A stretch of DNA of 64,000 nt, taken from the sequence record LC494302.1. One strand, written 5' to 3'. The position numbers and the translations under genes are program-made. The DNA comes from Escherichia phage SP27. Below are positions 46,438 through 56,386 of this stretch, in pieces (the stretch's first letter is position 1; every line of letters begins with the position of its first letter). The notes under the pieces were generated by a model. The model was not told the origin of the DNA, searched no databases, and worked only from the letters and a program-made list of their open reading frames with translations.

Positions 46438-47181
46438 ATGAAACACTTCTTAGAAGTAACCGTACCTGATGATAAAGATTTATACATTGTAGGTGATTTG
46501 CATGGTAATGGTAAACTATGGGATGCTACAGTGAAAGAATTTGGTATTACACACAATGATTATGTTTTCAGTGTAGGTGATATTATCGACCGTGGAGAAC
46601 AAAATTCAAAGCTCCTTTTTGAATTTTTGTTCGGAGAAAATCGTTACATGATTGCGGGTAATCATGAGATGATGTGCGTTGATTCGGAAACACTTCGAGA
46701 TTGGTATCATTGTTGGATAAGTAATGGTGGTGATAAATTCCTTGATGAAGTTGGAGGAACAGGCATTCAATTCTTTCGTCAGTACTTAAAGGATCTCCCT
46801 ATGATTATCCAAATCAATCACCGAGGATTGAAGATTGGGTTAGTTCATGCTGGAGTTCCGTTGGAATATACAACATGGGAACGATTTGTTAATGGGACAA
46901 AATCACTTAGTGCTGATATAATTGATAAGTGCTTGTGGGATAGAAAAACATTCGATTATTGTAGAACTAATAATACATATTATGCACCTAAGTTAGATGG
47001 AGTGCATTGTGTCTTTAGTGGACATACAGCAGTTACAGACCCACTCATTTACGGTAATCGTATTTGGATTGATAGTCAGTTCTTGACGGGTGACTTAACT
47101 CTCGCTACTCCACAAAGTGGTGGGATGAGATACTTACGTAAAGAAAAAGATGAGTACTCATTCAATCGTTTCAAAAGGTAA
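46438..47181 (+). CDS. calcineurin-like metallophosphoesterase (Ser/Thr phosphatase-like)
   Basis: GDLHGN, GDIIDRG and GNHE motifs. Confidence 0.8.
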   Translation: MKHFLEVTVPDDKDLYIVGDLHGNGKLWDATVKEFGITHNDYVFSVGDIIDRGEQNSKLLFEFLFGENRYMIAGNHEMMCVDSETLRDWYHCWISNGGDKFLDEVGGTGIQFFRQYLKDLPMIIQINHRGLKIGLVHAGVPLEYTTWERFVNGTKSLSADIIDKCLWDRKTFDYCRTNNTYYAPKLDGVHCVFSGHTAVTDPLIYGNRIWIDSQFLTGDLTLATPQSGGMRYLRKEKDEYSFNRFKR

Positions 47182-47186
47182 TAATT

Positions 47187-47456
47187 ATGCATGATGTAGT
47201 TAAAAAATATTTGAATGATAGATATATTATGAAAAAATCTATTAATTCTATCCTAAAAGACCATGCAAATCAAATACGTGAGATTCTATCAAATAAACTT
47301 ATTGGTTGTTCAGTTGAGTTCAACTACAAAAAGAATGTCGTGAAGATTGGAGTTATTAAACGTGTAGTTGCTGTTTATGACCAAGATGTATATGTTGAAA
47401 TAGAATATGATGGTAAATTATCACAATTAAGTACTGAAGATTTAACATTTTTATAA
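47187..47456 (+). CDS. small protein, family D
   Basis: motif LSNKLIGCSVEFNY. Confidence 0.55.
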   Translation: MHDVVKKYLNDRYIMKKSINSILKDHANQIREILSNKLIGCSVEFNYKKNVVKIGVIKRVVAVYDQDVYVEIEYDGKLSQLSTEDLTFL

Positions 47457-47466
47457 GGAAATAGAA

Positions 47467-47694
47467 ATGAAAGTAATTCAAGTTATGGTAGAAAAATACC
47501 AAACTGAAGATGGTCGTATTTTTGATTCAGCTAAACAAGCTGAACACCATGAACGTATTATTTCTGGTGCACGTAAAGTATGTCCTACATGTAATGGAAC
47601 ACAACAAGTACCGTCAGAAGATTACCGCAGCTTTTATGCTTGTCCACACTGTGATGGGAAAGGCTACGTAGAAAAACAAGAGGTATGGAAATGA
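47467..47694 (+). CDS. small zinc-ribbon protein
   Basis: CPTC ... CPHC cysteine pairs. Confidence 0.6.
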   Translation: MKVIQVMVEKYQTEDGRIFDSAKQAEHHERIISGARKVCPTCNGTQQVPSEDYRSFYACPHCDGKGYVEKQEVWK

Positions 47695-48104
47695 AATTGT
47701 ATTGCTTAACTAATATGTACTGCCAAGGTGTCCAAGCTGGTATTCAAGCATTCCATGCTGGTGTTAAACTAATTAAAGAATATGAAGGTACTGCTTTCAG
47801 TACTATTATTGATGAATGGTACTATGAACACGAAACTATTGTAGTACTAAATGCTGGTGGTCATGATAAGTTAAATTCTTATTATAACAACCTTAGCAAA
47901 CAGGGAAAAGTTCCGTTTGCCAAATTCAATGAAGCTGGATTGAATGATGCTATTACCTGTGTAGCAGTACTGTGTACGTCTGAAATGATTGAAGACATGG
48001 CTGTTATGCGTATGAATCTTCCTGCTGGTGATCAACTAATGCAAGTAAAATATGGTGCATTGTTTGACACATTAAAAGCAATCAGCACAATGAGGACCAT
48101 TTGA
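47685..48104 (+). CDS. hypothetical protein
   Basis: ORF; start 47685 or 47691. Confidence 0.6.
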   Translation: MEMKLYCLTNMYCQGVQAGIQAFHAGVKLIKEYEGTAFSTIIDEWYYEHETIVVLNAGGHDKLNSYYNNLSKQGKVPFAKFNEAGLNDAITCVAVLCTSEMIEDMAVMRMNLPAGDQLMQVKYGALFDTLKAISTMRTI

Positions 48105-49303
48105 TGGATTTTCCAGAGAAGTTATTTGTTGCACGTTCCTATGTAAACCACAACCAAGTTGATGGTTTTATTATCGATGCAACAAAATCACATACAAAAG
48201 CGTTTGAAACAAAGAAAGAGAGAGCAGAGTACTGGGCAAAGAAGAACAATCTTCCATCGTTATATATTGACAACGTTCCAACCACGGGATTTTGTGTAGT
48301 TGATAAATTAACAACTCATGCACGAGAAACATATTTCACGATCCGTCACCCAGAAGGATTTGAATTTATGATTAGTGCAAAAAACATGAATGATTTAATT
48401 ATCAATAACGATATAATCAAAGGTGTTTTTGTAGACCCAATGTTTTTCAACAATAACTTAGAATTAATTAATGGTAAAACAAAAACGTTTGCTAAGTTAG
48501 TTGAAAAAGAAAATAAAAAAGAACAACAAAAAGAAACTGTAGCAGGTCTTAAAGTTGGTGATGGTTTCACTTATCTTAAAGAAGATTACTATTACTGCGG
48601 TAAAGTACATGCAATTTGTATAAAGAAAACTAAAGAATTTGCATATCCCGACAAAAGTTCAGTTTATCATTTACTTTTTAACAGTACTCGTGGAACTTAT
48701 GCATTGAATCAACGTTTGGATAATTACAATCTTGAACCTCGTGCACTCTTGAATAAGAAGACTACGGCAGATGAAGAAATTAAACTTGCTAATGAATTTT
48801 GGCAAAGCTATAGAACAAACAGACATAACCCATTAGGTGAATCTAACATTCCAGTACTGGTACACAATAAATCATTTAAAGCAAAAGACCTTAAAATTAA
48901 ATACGAAGAAATAAATGTTGATGATCTTATGAATAATGGACGTTTCAACGAGAACGTACCATTTATGACTAAAGATAATGAACAAACATATCGCGTATTT
49001 TTTGGTGTAAGTAATAATACAACGCGTAGTTATTATGGGCGTAGTGGAGATTATAATATCCATTATAATGATAAATTTGAACGCTTTAGTGCATATCCAG
49101 TTCAAATTGATGATAATGGGATTATGGTAATGGATGTTGATATTAATGAACACTCATCATTTAGTACATGGAATGGCTATCGTTCCCCATTCTTCCCACC
49201 AAATGAACGCAAAACATCAAGCACTCGTTACTACCAAGACAAACCATGTCACGTCCAACTATCAATTAGTAATCCACTTTATATTGGAAAGTATTATCTA
49301 TAA
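48101..49303 (+). CDS. hypothetical protein (400 aa)
   Basis: long ORF, ATGA overlap. Confidence 0.65.
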   Translation: MMDFPEKLFVARSYVNHNQVDGFIIDATKSHTKAFETKKERAEYWAKKNNLPSLYIDNVPTTGFCVVDKLTTHARETYFTIRHPEGFEFMISAKNMNDLIINNDIIKGVFVDPMFFNNNLELINGKTKTFAKLVEKENKKEQQKETVAGLKVGDGFTYLKEDYYYCGKVHAICIKKTKEFAYPDKSSVYHLLFNSTRGTYALNQRLDNYNLEPRALLNKKTTADEEIKLANEFWQSYRTNRHNPLGESNIPVLVHNKSFKAKDLKIKYEEINVDDLMNNGRFNENVPFMTKDNEQTYRVFFGVSNNTTRSYYGRSGDYNIHYNDKFERFSAYPVQIDDNGIMVMDVDINEHSSFSTWNGYRSPFFPPNERKTSSTRYYQDKPCHVQLSISNPLYIGKYYL

Positions 49304-49314
49304 AGGAATATACA

Positions 49315-50733
49315 ATGAGCATTTTAGCAATTCTTGAAAGCATTAAAAATACTAGCAGTACACTAGGCAAAAAGGCTATTCTTGAACAAAATAAAGATAA
49401 TGTAACTTTACAAAAAGTACTGAAATATACTCTAGACCCTTCTATCGTAAGTGGCTATAAGAAGCTCCCTGACGCTGATGACGTATATCAACATATGACG
49501 TTAGATGAAGCAATTGATAAGTTAGAATGCATTTACAAGCGTGATGTGACAGGAAATGCGGGGCGTGATTTCATTGCTTCAGTACTGGGTTCAGTATCAG
49601 AAGATGATCAAGAAGTTCTCCGTAAAATGCTTACTAAAAACCTTGATTGTGGTATTCAAGAAAAGAACTGCAATGATGTATTTGGTAAAGGCTTTATTAA
49701 AGACGAACCATATATGCGTTGTTCTTTGATTGACAAAAAGACTGCAAAGAACATCAACTTCAAAGATTATGGTTACGCTATATCAGAAGTGAAAATGGAT
49801 GGTCAGTACTTGAACCACGTTGTCATTAATGGTTCATTAACTTCTACATCCCGTAATGGTAAACTATACGACTTCCTGGGTTGTCGTGATGGTGAGATGG
49901 CAGGTCTTGCTCACATCATCCAAAGTAAAGATGAACGTTTTAGTAGTGGTGTGGTCTTTATGGGGGAAGGTGTAGTACTGGACAATGATGGAGAAACCAT
50001 TCTCCCACGCACTACTGGCAACGGTATAATTCAGAAAGCTGGTAAAGATAGCATCAGTCAGAATGAAGCAATGCGTACTGTATTCGTTCTATGGGATGTT
50101 GTTCCATATGATGCATTTTGTGAAGGTGTATGGGATGTAAAACGTAAAGAACGTCGCGAGATCTTAGTAGATGCAATTAACGAACTCAATAGTGATTTTG
50201 TTCGTATGGTTGGATTCCGTAAAGTTCTAAACATTAAAGAAGCATTTGAGTACAATAGTGAACTAATGAACGAAGGTGAAGAGGGTTCAGTACTGAAATG
50301 TGAAGATGGTATCTGGAAATCTCATACTTCACCTAAGCAGTTGAAAATGAAATTGAAAATGCAACTGGACTTACGTATTGTTGGTTTCAATGAAGGTGAA
50401 GGTAAACGTAAAGGAAGCCTAGGTTCTTTACAACTGGAAAGTGCTTGTGGTTCATTGAAAGTTAATGTGGGTACTGGTATCAAAGAGAAAGATGCTGAAT
50501 GGACATTTAAAACCATTTGGGAAAGAATGCAAGAACTTATTGGTAAAGTGGTTACAGTTGAGTGTAATGACATTGTATTCGACAAGCGTACTGGTGAGCC
50601 ATCACTGTTCTTACCAGTGTTTATTGAATTTAGATTTGACAAAAACACTTGTGATGATTATACTCGTATCTTAGAAATTCGTGAGAGTGCAGTTGAAGTG
50701 TTCTCAAACAGTATTATTGACGCATTAGGTTAA
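49315..50733 (+). CDS. 30: ATP-dependent DNA ligase (T4 gp30-like)
   Basis: N-terminus ILESIKNTSSTLGKKAILEQNKDN resembles T4 ligase as recalled; KMDG adenylation motif. Confidence 0.9.
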   Translation: MSILAILESIKNTSSTLGKKAILEQNKDNVTLQKVLKYTLDPSIVSGYKKLPDADDVYQHMTLDEAIDKLECIYKRDVTGNAGRDFIASVLGSVSEDDQEVLRKMLTKNLDCGIQEKNCNDVFGKGFIKDEPYMRCSLIDKKTAKNINFKDYGYAISEVKMDGQYLNHVVINGSLTSTSRNGKLYDFLGCRDGEMAGLAHIIQSKDERFSSGVVFMGEGVVLDNDGETILPRTTGNGIIQKAGKDSISQNEAMRTVFVLWDVVPYDAFCEGVWDVKRKERREILVDAINELNSDFVRMVGFRKVLNIKEAFEYNSELMNEGEEGSVLKCEDGIWKSHTSPKQLKMKLKMQLDLRIVGFNEGEGKRKGSLGSLQLESACGSLKVNVGTGIKEKDAEWTFKTIWERMQELIGKVVTVECNDIVFDKRTGEPSLFLPVFIEFRFDKNTCDDYTRILEIRESAVEVFSNSIIDALG

Positions 50734-50752
50734 CCATTTATTGGAGGTAATT

Positions 50753-51544
50753 ATGAAATTTGTTGTAACATCTGATGTACACGGTGGGACTGATTACCTC
50801 CATAGTGGTGATTACAGTGATACAGTACTGATTATTGCTGGGGACTTCGATGAAGTTAAACGCAGTCGTTACCGTACTGGTATAGAATCACTATGTAAGC
50901 AGTTTAAGAATGTAGTACTGGTTCCTGGCAATCATGAATATTATGGTTCCAATATCCACAAAACGCATAAAGTACTGTCCGATATGCAAGATGAGATTCC
51001 AAATTTCATCTTTTTGCAAAACAAATTTGTATGGCTGGATGGAGTACTGCTTGTTGGTAGTACTCTGTGGACAGACTTCGATAAAGGTAATTCTTTGACG
51101 AAGTTTGATGCTTGTCAGAAGATGAACGATTACAAACATATCCGTCATGGAACAACATCAGAGCCTTGGCGTAAGAAACTGACACCAGATGATACTGAGT
51201 TTATGCATCACAAAGATAAACAATTTATCAAAAATTCTATTGACACAGTTCGCTTTATGCATGATAATGATTTCAAGGTCATCGTGGTTACCCATCACGC
51301 ACCAAGTTATCAAAGTGTTTCACCAAAATATAAAAATGATTCACTGAATGGTTGTTACTGTTCCGATATGGATCAGTACATTGAAGATTTGGGTGCTGAT
51401 GTTTGGATTCATGGACATGTTCATAGTAGCTTTGACTACCACATTGGTAAGACACGTATCATTTGTAATCCAAGAGGCTATGAATCATACAGTGGAGCTT
51501 GTGAGAATTTTGATTACAATCCTAAATTTGTATTTGAAATTTAA
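50753..51544 (+). CDS. calcineurin-like metallophosphoesterase
   Basis: ATG 50753 after GGAGG; motifs SDVHGG, GDFDE, PGNHEYYG. Confidence 0.75.
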   Translation: MKFVVTSDVHGGTDYLHSGDYSDTVLIIAGDFDEVKRSRYRTGIESLCKQFKNVVLVPGNHEYYGSNIHKTHKVLSDMQDEIPNFIFLQNKFVWLDGVLLVGSTLWTDFDKGNSLTKFDACQKMNDYKHIRHGTTSEPWRKKLTPDDTEFMHHKDKQFIKNSIDTVRFMHDNDFKVIVVTHHAPSYQSVSPKYKNDSLNGCYCSDMDQYIEDLGADVWIHGHVHSSFDYHIGKTRIICNPRGYESYSGACENFDYNPKFVFEI

Positions 51545-51556
51545 TGAGAGGATATT

Positions 51557-51940
51557 GTGTCATTAATTTATTTTGAACTACCAGAATATACCAATTATCC
51601 AAGCCGAGTTATTTGCTCAGTTTATAGTAATGCATATCATCACTTGTTAGTGAATAGTAATAAAGCTGTGCATTATTATCGAAATAAAGAACCACGTACA
51701 TTAAAGAATCGTTATGGGTTTGACCCAACTAACACTGAAGTTGAACTCTGTGATCTGTTCGGGGAAGTAATGGTGGTGTTGAAACGAGATATTCATCTTT
51801 TCCATACATACAAACTTAATCAGTACTTTATGGAAACACTGTCTATACGTTCCCATGCTCCGATGATTAAAGTTGATTTGAATTATGTTGATGATAAATT
51901 GAAATATGATTTCATTAATTCACTTGTTTATTTGGAGTAA
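51557..51940 (+). CDS. hypothetical protein (GTG start)
   Basis: 127-aa ORF after RBS GAGAGGA. Confidence 0.5.
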   Translation: MSLIYFELPEYTNYPSRVICSVYSNAYHHLLVNSNKAVHYYRNKEPRTLKNRYGFDPTNTEVELCDLFGEVMVVLKRDIHLFHTYKLNQYFMETLSIRSHAPMIKVDLNYVDDKLKYDFINSLVYLE

Positions 51941-51941
51941 T

Positions 51942-52346
51942 ATGAATATACGTTCAGTACGAATATTTTCATTTGTTGATATGAATAAAAAACACTCTTA
52001 TGTTTTTGAAAATGTCAATAAGTTAAATCCTCATACGGCAAAAATGATTGAAACCATGAAGAACTTGAGTTTACATATAGAAGTTTACTATCTTCATGAC
52101 GATTCTGTTTATGTATATGATGATGGATGGTATGACGGTGTGTTTTATGATGACATTAGCACTACTGCTGATTACTACTTTCTAGTGAGTAATCCACTAT
52201 TCAGTACTAAAACTTTGTTTGACATTACCGATACAAGCGTGTATGATACAAGTCATGTTGAGTTACTTAAGTTTGATCCAGTATTATTCAACAAAGAGAC
52301 GGCGTATTGGATGACTGATTTCTTTTCAAATATTCCAGTAAAATAG
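51942..52346 (+). CDS. hypothetical protein
   Basis: ATG 51942 after GGAG. Confidence 0.55.
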   Translation: MNIRSVRIFSFVDMNKKHSYVFENVNKLNPHTAKMIETMKNLSLHIEVYYLHDDSVYVYDDGWYDGVFYDDISTTADYYFLVSNPLFSTKTLFDITDTSVYDTSHVELLKFDPVLFNKETAYWMTDFFSNIPVK

Positions 52347-52348
52347 TT

Positions 52349-52376
52349 TGGACATTTTAAATCTTAGTGATATAAT
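52349..52376 (+). promoter_or_regulatory. sigma70-like promoter with extended -10
   Basis: TGGACA, 16-nt spacer, TG-n-TATAAT (52368-52376); 35 nt upstream of ClpP-like start. Confidence 0.5.
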
Positions 52377-52410
52377 ACTCACAACAACGAAATAATAGAG
52401 GAAATTAATA

Positions 52411-53106
52411 ATGGTTGAACAATTCATGTTTGGTGGTTATGCTAATGGCGAAGTACGTAACATTTCTATTCCTTACGTAGTTGAGAAAGTTAATGGTTCA
52501 GAACGTACATATGATCTAGCATCTCGTATGATGCAAGACCGTATCATTTTCCTTGATACTGATTTCAATGATCAAATGGCACATATCATCAAACAACAAT
52601 TGGTATGGTTAGACTCACAAGGTGATTCCCCTATTACATTCTACATTAGTTCACCGGGTGGTTCAGTACACGCAGGTTTGGGTATTGCAGACGTTGCTAA
52701 GTCTTGTATTTCGCCAATTCGCACTGTAGTAATGGGCTATGCAGCATCAATGGGTTGCTATACACAATCTGTTATTGGGACTAAAGGTTTCCGTTTAGGT
52801 GGTAAACGCTCATACTTCATGTGTCATCAAGTAAGTTCTGGTACACAAGGTCTAATTACAGACCAGAAGATTTCCCTACAACATTCTGATGCACTGAATA
52901 CATTGTTGACCAAAGAAATTGCAGAAGCTGTAGGTGTATCACATGAACAATTACTAAAAGATGCTGACCGCGATTTGTGGTTAAATGCAGAAGAAGCACT
53001 TGAATATGGTGAACATGGTTTCATTGATGGTATTATTCTTGGACCACGTAACGAAGAAGGCAAGTACTTAGTTAAGCGTCGCGGTGGTGTAGAAGAGTGG
53101 GTGTAA
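52411..53106 (+). CDS. clpP: ClpP-like serine protease subunit
   Basis: ClpP signature ERTYDLASRMMQDRIIFL, SPGGSV, MGYAASMG. Confidence 0.85.
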   Translation: MVEQFMFGGYANGEVRNISIPYVVEKVNGSERTYDLASRMMQDRIIFLDTDFNDQMAHIIKQQLVWLDSQGDSPITFYISSPGGSVHAGLGIADVAKSCISPIRTVVMGYAASMGCYTQSVIGTKGFRLGGKRSYFMCHQVSSGTQGLITDQKISLQHSDALNTLLTKEIAEAVGVSHEQLLKDADRDLWLNAEEALEYGEHGFIDGIILGPRNEEGKYLVKRRGGVEEWV

Positions 53107-53154
53107 GATAGATTTTGATGCCTCAATATGGGGCATCATCTTTGTGGAGATTAT

Positions 53155-53445
53155 ATGAAAGTACTAGTACGTAATAATACGGAAGTAGCAAATGTATTAG
53201 AAGATTCCGATTTTATTAATGTTGCGTTCGATCAAATTAGTGCAGTAGCACTTGAATTAAAAAATGTAGATGAATCTGAGCGTGTGCTGAATGGTTTTGC
53301 AATTGTACTTGAATTAATGAAGGAAGTACTAATTAAAAAGAACATTAATCCAGTTGATGCGGTTCAACATGCAGAAGCTGTGCGTAAAGAACACGGTACA
53401 TTCTCTGACAAAAAATACATTCAAACTGATGAGGTAAAAGAATAA
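53155..53445 (+). CDS. hypothetical protein
   Basis: ATG 53155 after GGAGA (alternative ATG 53128). Confidence 0.55.
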   Translation: MKVLVRNNTEVANVLEDSDFINVAFDQISAVALELKNVDESERVLNGFAIVLELMKEVLIKKNINPVDAVQHAEAVRKEHGTFSDKKYIQTDEVKE

Positions 53446-53446
53446 T

Positions 53447-53893
53447 ATGTCCAATGCACAATATAAAGATGGTTATGACGCATACAAAGCAAAAGTAGTT
53501 CTAAGTGCTGAACAGCTAAAAATGCAGCATCCATTATATCGTCAGGGCTATCGTGCAGCACAAGCAGAAGCAATGAAGAAAAATAATGTAACTTTCCCTA
53601 CTACACTATATGATATTCCAAAACGTCCACACATTTTTAAAGCTGAATGGACTGATATTATGGCAGCGACAAAGCGTCCACGCTTTGCTAAATTACACAC
53701 CGATGAAGGTCGCTGGTTGCTAATGGGGATTATGAAAGCAGTTGAGAATCAATCTCATAAGATTGTTCGTTATAAAGATGTTGTTGCTATGGTTGATAAA
53801 GCATTTGACCTTGTACTTCAATATGGTTATGATGAAGGTGTTCTAACTGTTTCTGATTGTGAAAAATATCAGTACACCCCATATCAAAAATAA
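53447..53893 (+). CDS. hypothetical protein
   Basis: 148-aa ORF followed by terminator. Confidence 0.6.
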   Translation: MSNAQYKDGYDAYKAKVVLSAEQLKMQHPLYRQGYRAAQAEAMKKNNVTFPTTLYDIPKRPHIFKAEWTDIMAATKRPRFAKLHTDEGRWLLMGIMKAVENQSHKIVRYKDVVAMVDKAFDLVLQYGYDEGVLTVSDCEKYQYTPYQK

Positions 53894-53903
53894 TATTGTG
53901 AAA

Positions 53904-53935
53904 AGGAATCCTATCATGGGATTCCTATTTTTATT
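53904..53935 (+). terminator. intrinsic terminator
   Basis: 8-bp stem AGGAATCC/GGATTCCT, 7-nt loop, ATTTTTATT. Confidence 0.7.
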
Positions 53936-54019
53936 GCTGTATATCAATTTTCCATTGATCATATTTTGATCTATATGAGCTAAATACCCAAGGAATCATT
54001 GTTACTAGGGTAGGTGAAT

Positions 54020-54568
54020 ATGCAGCAATATAATTTAACTGAAGAACAAAGTGATATTTTTTACCATCATATGTTTTTAATTGATGAATTTGCTTTAAAA
54101 ATTAATTCTGAAGCAATTGATATATTGAAGAAATGGTATAGTTGTTATAATAAAAACAAAAAGTGGTATTGGTTTAATAGAAATATAAAATCATTTCTAA
54201 AAACAATCACATACACTGATAGTATTGAGTTAATACATAGTTCTATTGGATATAGTTACTTAACTAAACACAACAGTACTATGATGTTATCAGGGTTTAA
54301 AGTTGAAAGAATTTCCAAATTAACAGGTTTGTCATTAGAAACAATTCTATATGATATTGAGAAAATTTGGAAAACTATAGAATTAATGCATAAAAATATG
54401 TCATTCATATATAGAAATTATGATATATTCACTGATGTACGACAATATCATAATAAACCGTATGTATTGGATGAAAAGTACTATAATCATATGGAAGTTT
54501 GTTCTAAACTCGTTGATGATTGGAATCTAGAGGGACATAATGAAATACACACACCTAAGTATAGATGA
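54020..54568 (+). CDS. hypothetical protein
   Basis: 183-aa ORF from ATG 54020. Confidence 0.55.
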   Translation: MQQYNLTEEQSDIFYHHMFLIDEFALKINSEAIDILKKWYSCYNKNKKWYWFNRNIKSFLKTITYTDSIELIHSSIGYSYLTKHNSTMMLSGFKVERISKLTGLSLETILYDIEKIWKTIELMHKNMSFIYRNYDIFTDVRQYHNKPYVLDEKYYNHMEVCSKLVDDWNLEGHNEIHTPKYR

Positions 54569-55064
54569 TACTAATATCTGGTTAGATAACATAATCAAGA
54601 CATTAGAATTAATTAAACTTACATTACAAAAAACTACTGATATTGAAATTAATATTAAACAAGAAATATTAAACTATTATCATAGAAACAAATATAGCAC
54701 GTTTATCTCTAAATTAATTTATGGATTATATGATATTGAAGATATTTGCATCGGTTACAGTACTGGTATTTGCTTCACAGTTAATGGTTTAAAAAATGAT
54801 TTAAATTTCAGACTTTCCGATGAAGAGCAAGATTTTCGTAGATTTTGTGATAATATTATGGATACAGATAAAATTACATTTGTTATTGAATTAAATCAAA
54901 CGTGGTCTACATATGCAGATAAACCATTTGAAATTAATGAAACAGATGTGTTAAACTATATTCGAGTTATGAAAATTCATGATTTGTGTAAAAACGCATT
55001 GTTAAGTATTGGAGCTTATAATGAAACATACGACTTGGTTGAAGATAGCAGAAGTAGTTGCTGA
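54540..55064 (+). CDS. hypothetical protein
   Basis: 174-aa ORF. Confidence 0.55.
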   Translation: MKYTHLSIDDTNIWLDNIIKTLELIKLTLQKTTDIEINIKQEILNYYHRNKYSTFISKLIYGLYDIEDICIGYSTGICFTVNGLKNDLNFRLSDEEQDFRRFCDNIMDTDKITFVIELNQTWSTYADKPFEINETDVLNYIRVMKIHDLCKNALLSIGAYNETYDLVEDSRSSC

Positions 55065-55500
55065 GGAAAGTAAATGTATTTCACAAAAAGTTGGTTGTGT
55101 TATTGTTAAAAATAACCGAGTATTGAGTACTGGATACAATGGTACTCCATCAAAACAACCAAATTGTTGTGATGTGAATCAACACTTAGTCAATGATGGA
55201 CGTTTTCAAGACTGGGTTAGTGATGAAGCAAAGCATGAACATCATGAGTGGAGTAATATTCATGAAATCCATGCTGAAATGAACGCTTTACTCTATAGTT
55301 CTCCTACTGAACGTCAAGGTGCTACTCTTTACACAACACTACAACCATGTTATACTTGTTCTAAGTTGATCGCAGGTAGTGGGATTTCACGTGTAATTTA
55401 TCTCAAAAATTATCCTCGTACACCACCAGAAGCTATTAAAGTACTGGAAGATGCTGGAATTATTGTTAATTGCATTTATGATAAGGGTCTTGATAAATGA
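55021..55500 (+). CDS. cd: dCMP deaminase
   Basis: ATG 55021 after GGAG; zinc motifs HAEMNAL and PCYTCSKLI. Confidence 0.85.
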   Translation: MKHTTWLKIAEVVAEESKCISQKVGCVIVKNNRVLSTGYNGTPSKQPNCCDVNQHLVNDGRFQDWVSDEAKHEHHEWSNIHEIHAEMNALLYSSPTERQGATLYTTLQPCYTCSKLIAGSGISRVIYLKNYPRTPPEAIKVLEDAGIIVNCIYDKGLDK

Positions 55501-55754
55501 CAGTAATAATTATTATTGCTTTTCTAATAACAGTGTTTTTCATTTTTATGTTATATATAGTTGCTATGGATGAACCTAATACTTCTTTTCGAAATTATGA
55601 AGTTCGTTTTTCTGCACAAAATAATAAGTACTATATTGTAAACTGTATACACCGTAGTGAGAAAAGGGTAACAAGTAGATTTGGATTTACCATTTATTAT
55701 AAAGACCGAGTAGAAGCTGATATGATTTGTCAGAAGCTTAATACTGTAGAATAA
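55497..55754 (+). CDS. small membrane protein
   Basis: N-terminus MTVIIIIAFLITVFFIFMLYIVA; ATGA overlap with cd. Confidence 0.55.
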   Translation: MTVIIIIAFLITVFFIFMLYIVAMDEPNTSFRNYEVRFSAQNNKYYIVNCIHRSEKRVTSRFGFTIYYKDRVEADMICQKLNTVE

Positions 55755-55782
55755 AAAAAGGAGCCGTATGGCTCCTTTTTTT
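55753..55782. terminator. bidirectional intrinsic terminator
   Basis: A7-GGAGCC-GTAT-GGCTCC-T7, between convergent genes. Confidence 0.8.
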
Positions 55783-55783
55783 G

Positions 55784-56161
55784 TTAACCAGGGAGGTTAC
55801 AATAATACAAATCCCAAGGGTGATATTTCATCGCACCAGTACTCAATTTAATTTTATGAAACTGGAATGATTCGGCAAATGCACTATCGTCAATCTTAAT
55901 ACAAAAAGTGTTTTTGGCTAGAGTTGGTGCAATTTCCAATGCTGTTTTAGATGCATCTAATCTAATTTTATCTTTATCATAACTAGTGATAGTTACAAAA
56001 CGATAAACATTAAAATCAGTATCAATGAGATCGTAAACACAACTAGAACGTTGATTAAAGATGTTCAAGTTATATTTCAATTCACCGTTTATATTAGCTG
56101 CGGTTACACAAAACCCGCCGATATTGAATGGTAGTTTACCTTGTGCTGCGATAGCTTTCAT
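55784..56161 (-). CDS. hypothetical protein (only convincing minus-strand gene in window)
   Basis: 125-aa ORF in a gap free of plus-strand ORFs, convergent on the bidirectional terminator. Confidence 0.5.
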   Translation of the reverse strand: MKAIAAQGKLPFNIGGFCVTAANINGELKYNLNIFNQRSSCVYDLIDTDFNVYRFVTITSYDKDKIRLDASKTALEIAPTLAKNTFCIKIDDSAFAESFQFHKIKLSTGAMKYHPWDLYYCNLPG

Positions 56162-56386
56162 ATTTTATTTCCTTTTTTAAATATAAGTATGAAATATATT
56201 TGTTTTTTACATCAGATGCACCATGAACTAGTTGACAAAACATCAGTGGTATGATATGATCTGTTATAAACTGTACACCTTAAGTTTTATTTTTAAAAAT
56301 TTGAGTTAAGTACAGAAAAAGTTTGACTTAAGTGTTTAAGTACTATATTATTTATATCTTCCTAAACAAAATTGAGGACTTGTTAT

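Noticed and set aside
48101-49303. Assigning the 400-aa protein as the missing Nampt-like partner of the NMNAT-like enzyme
   Set aside because: No recognisable phosphoribosyltransferase motifs could be seen by eye; left as hypothetical.
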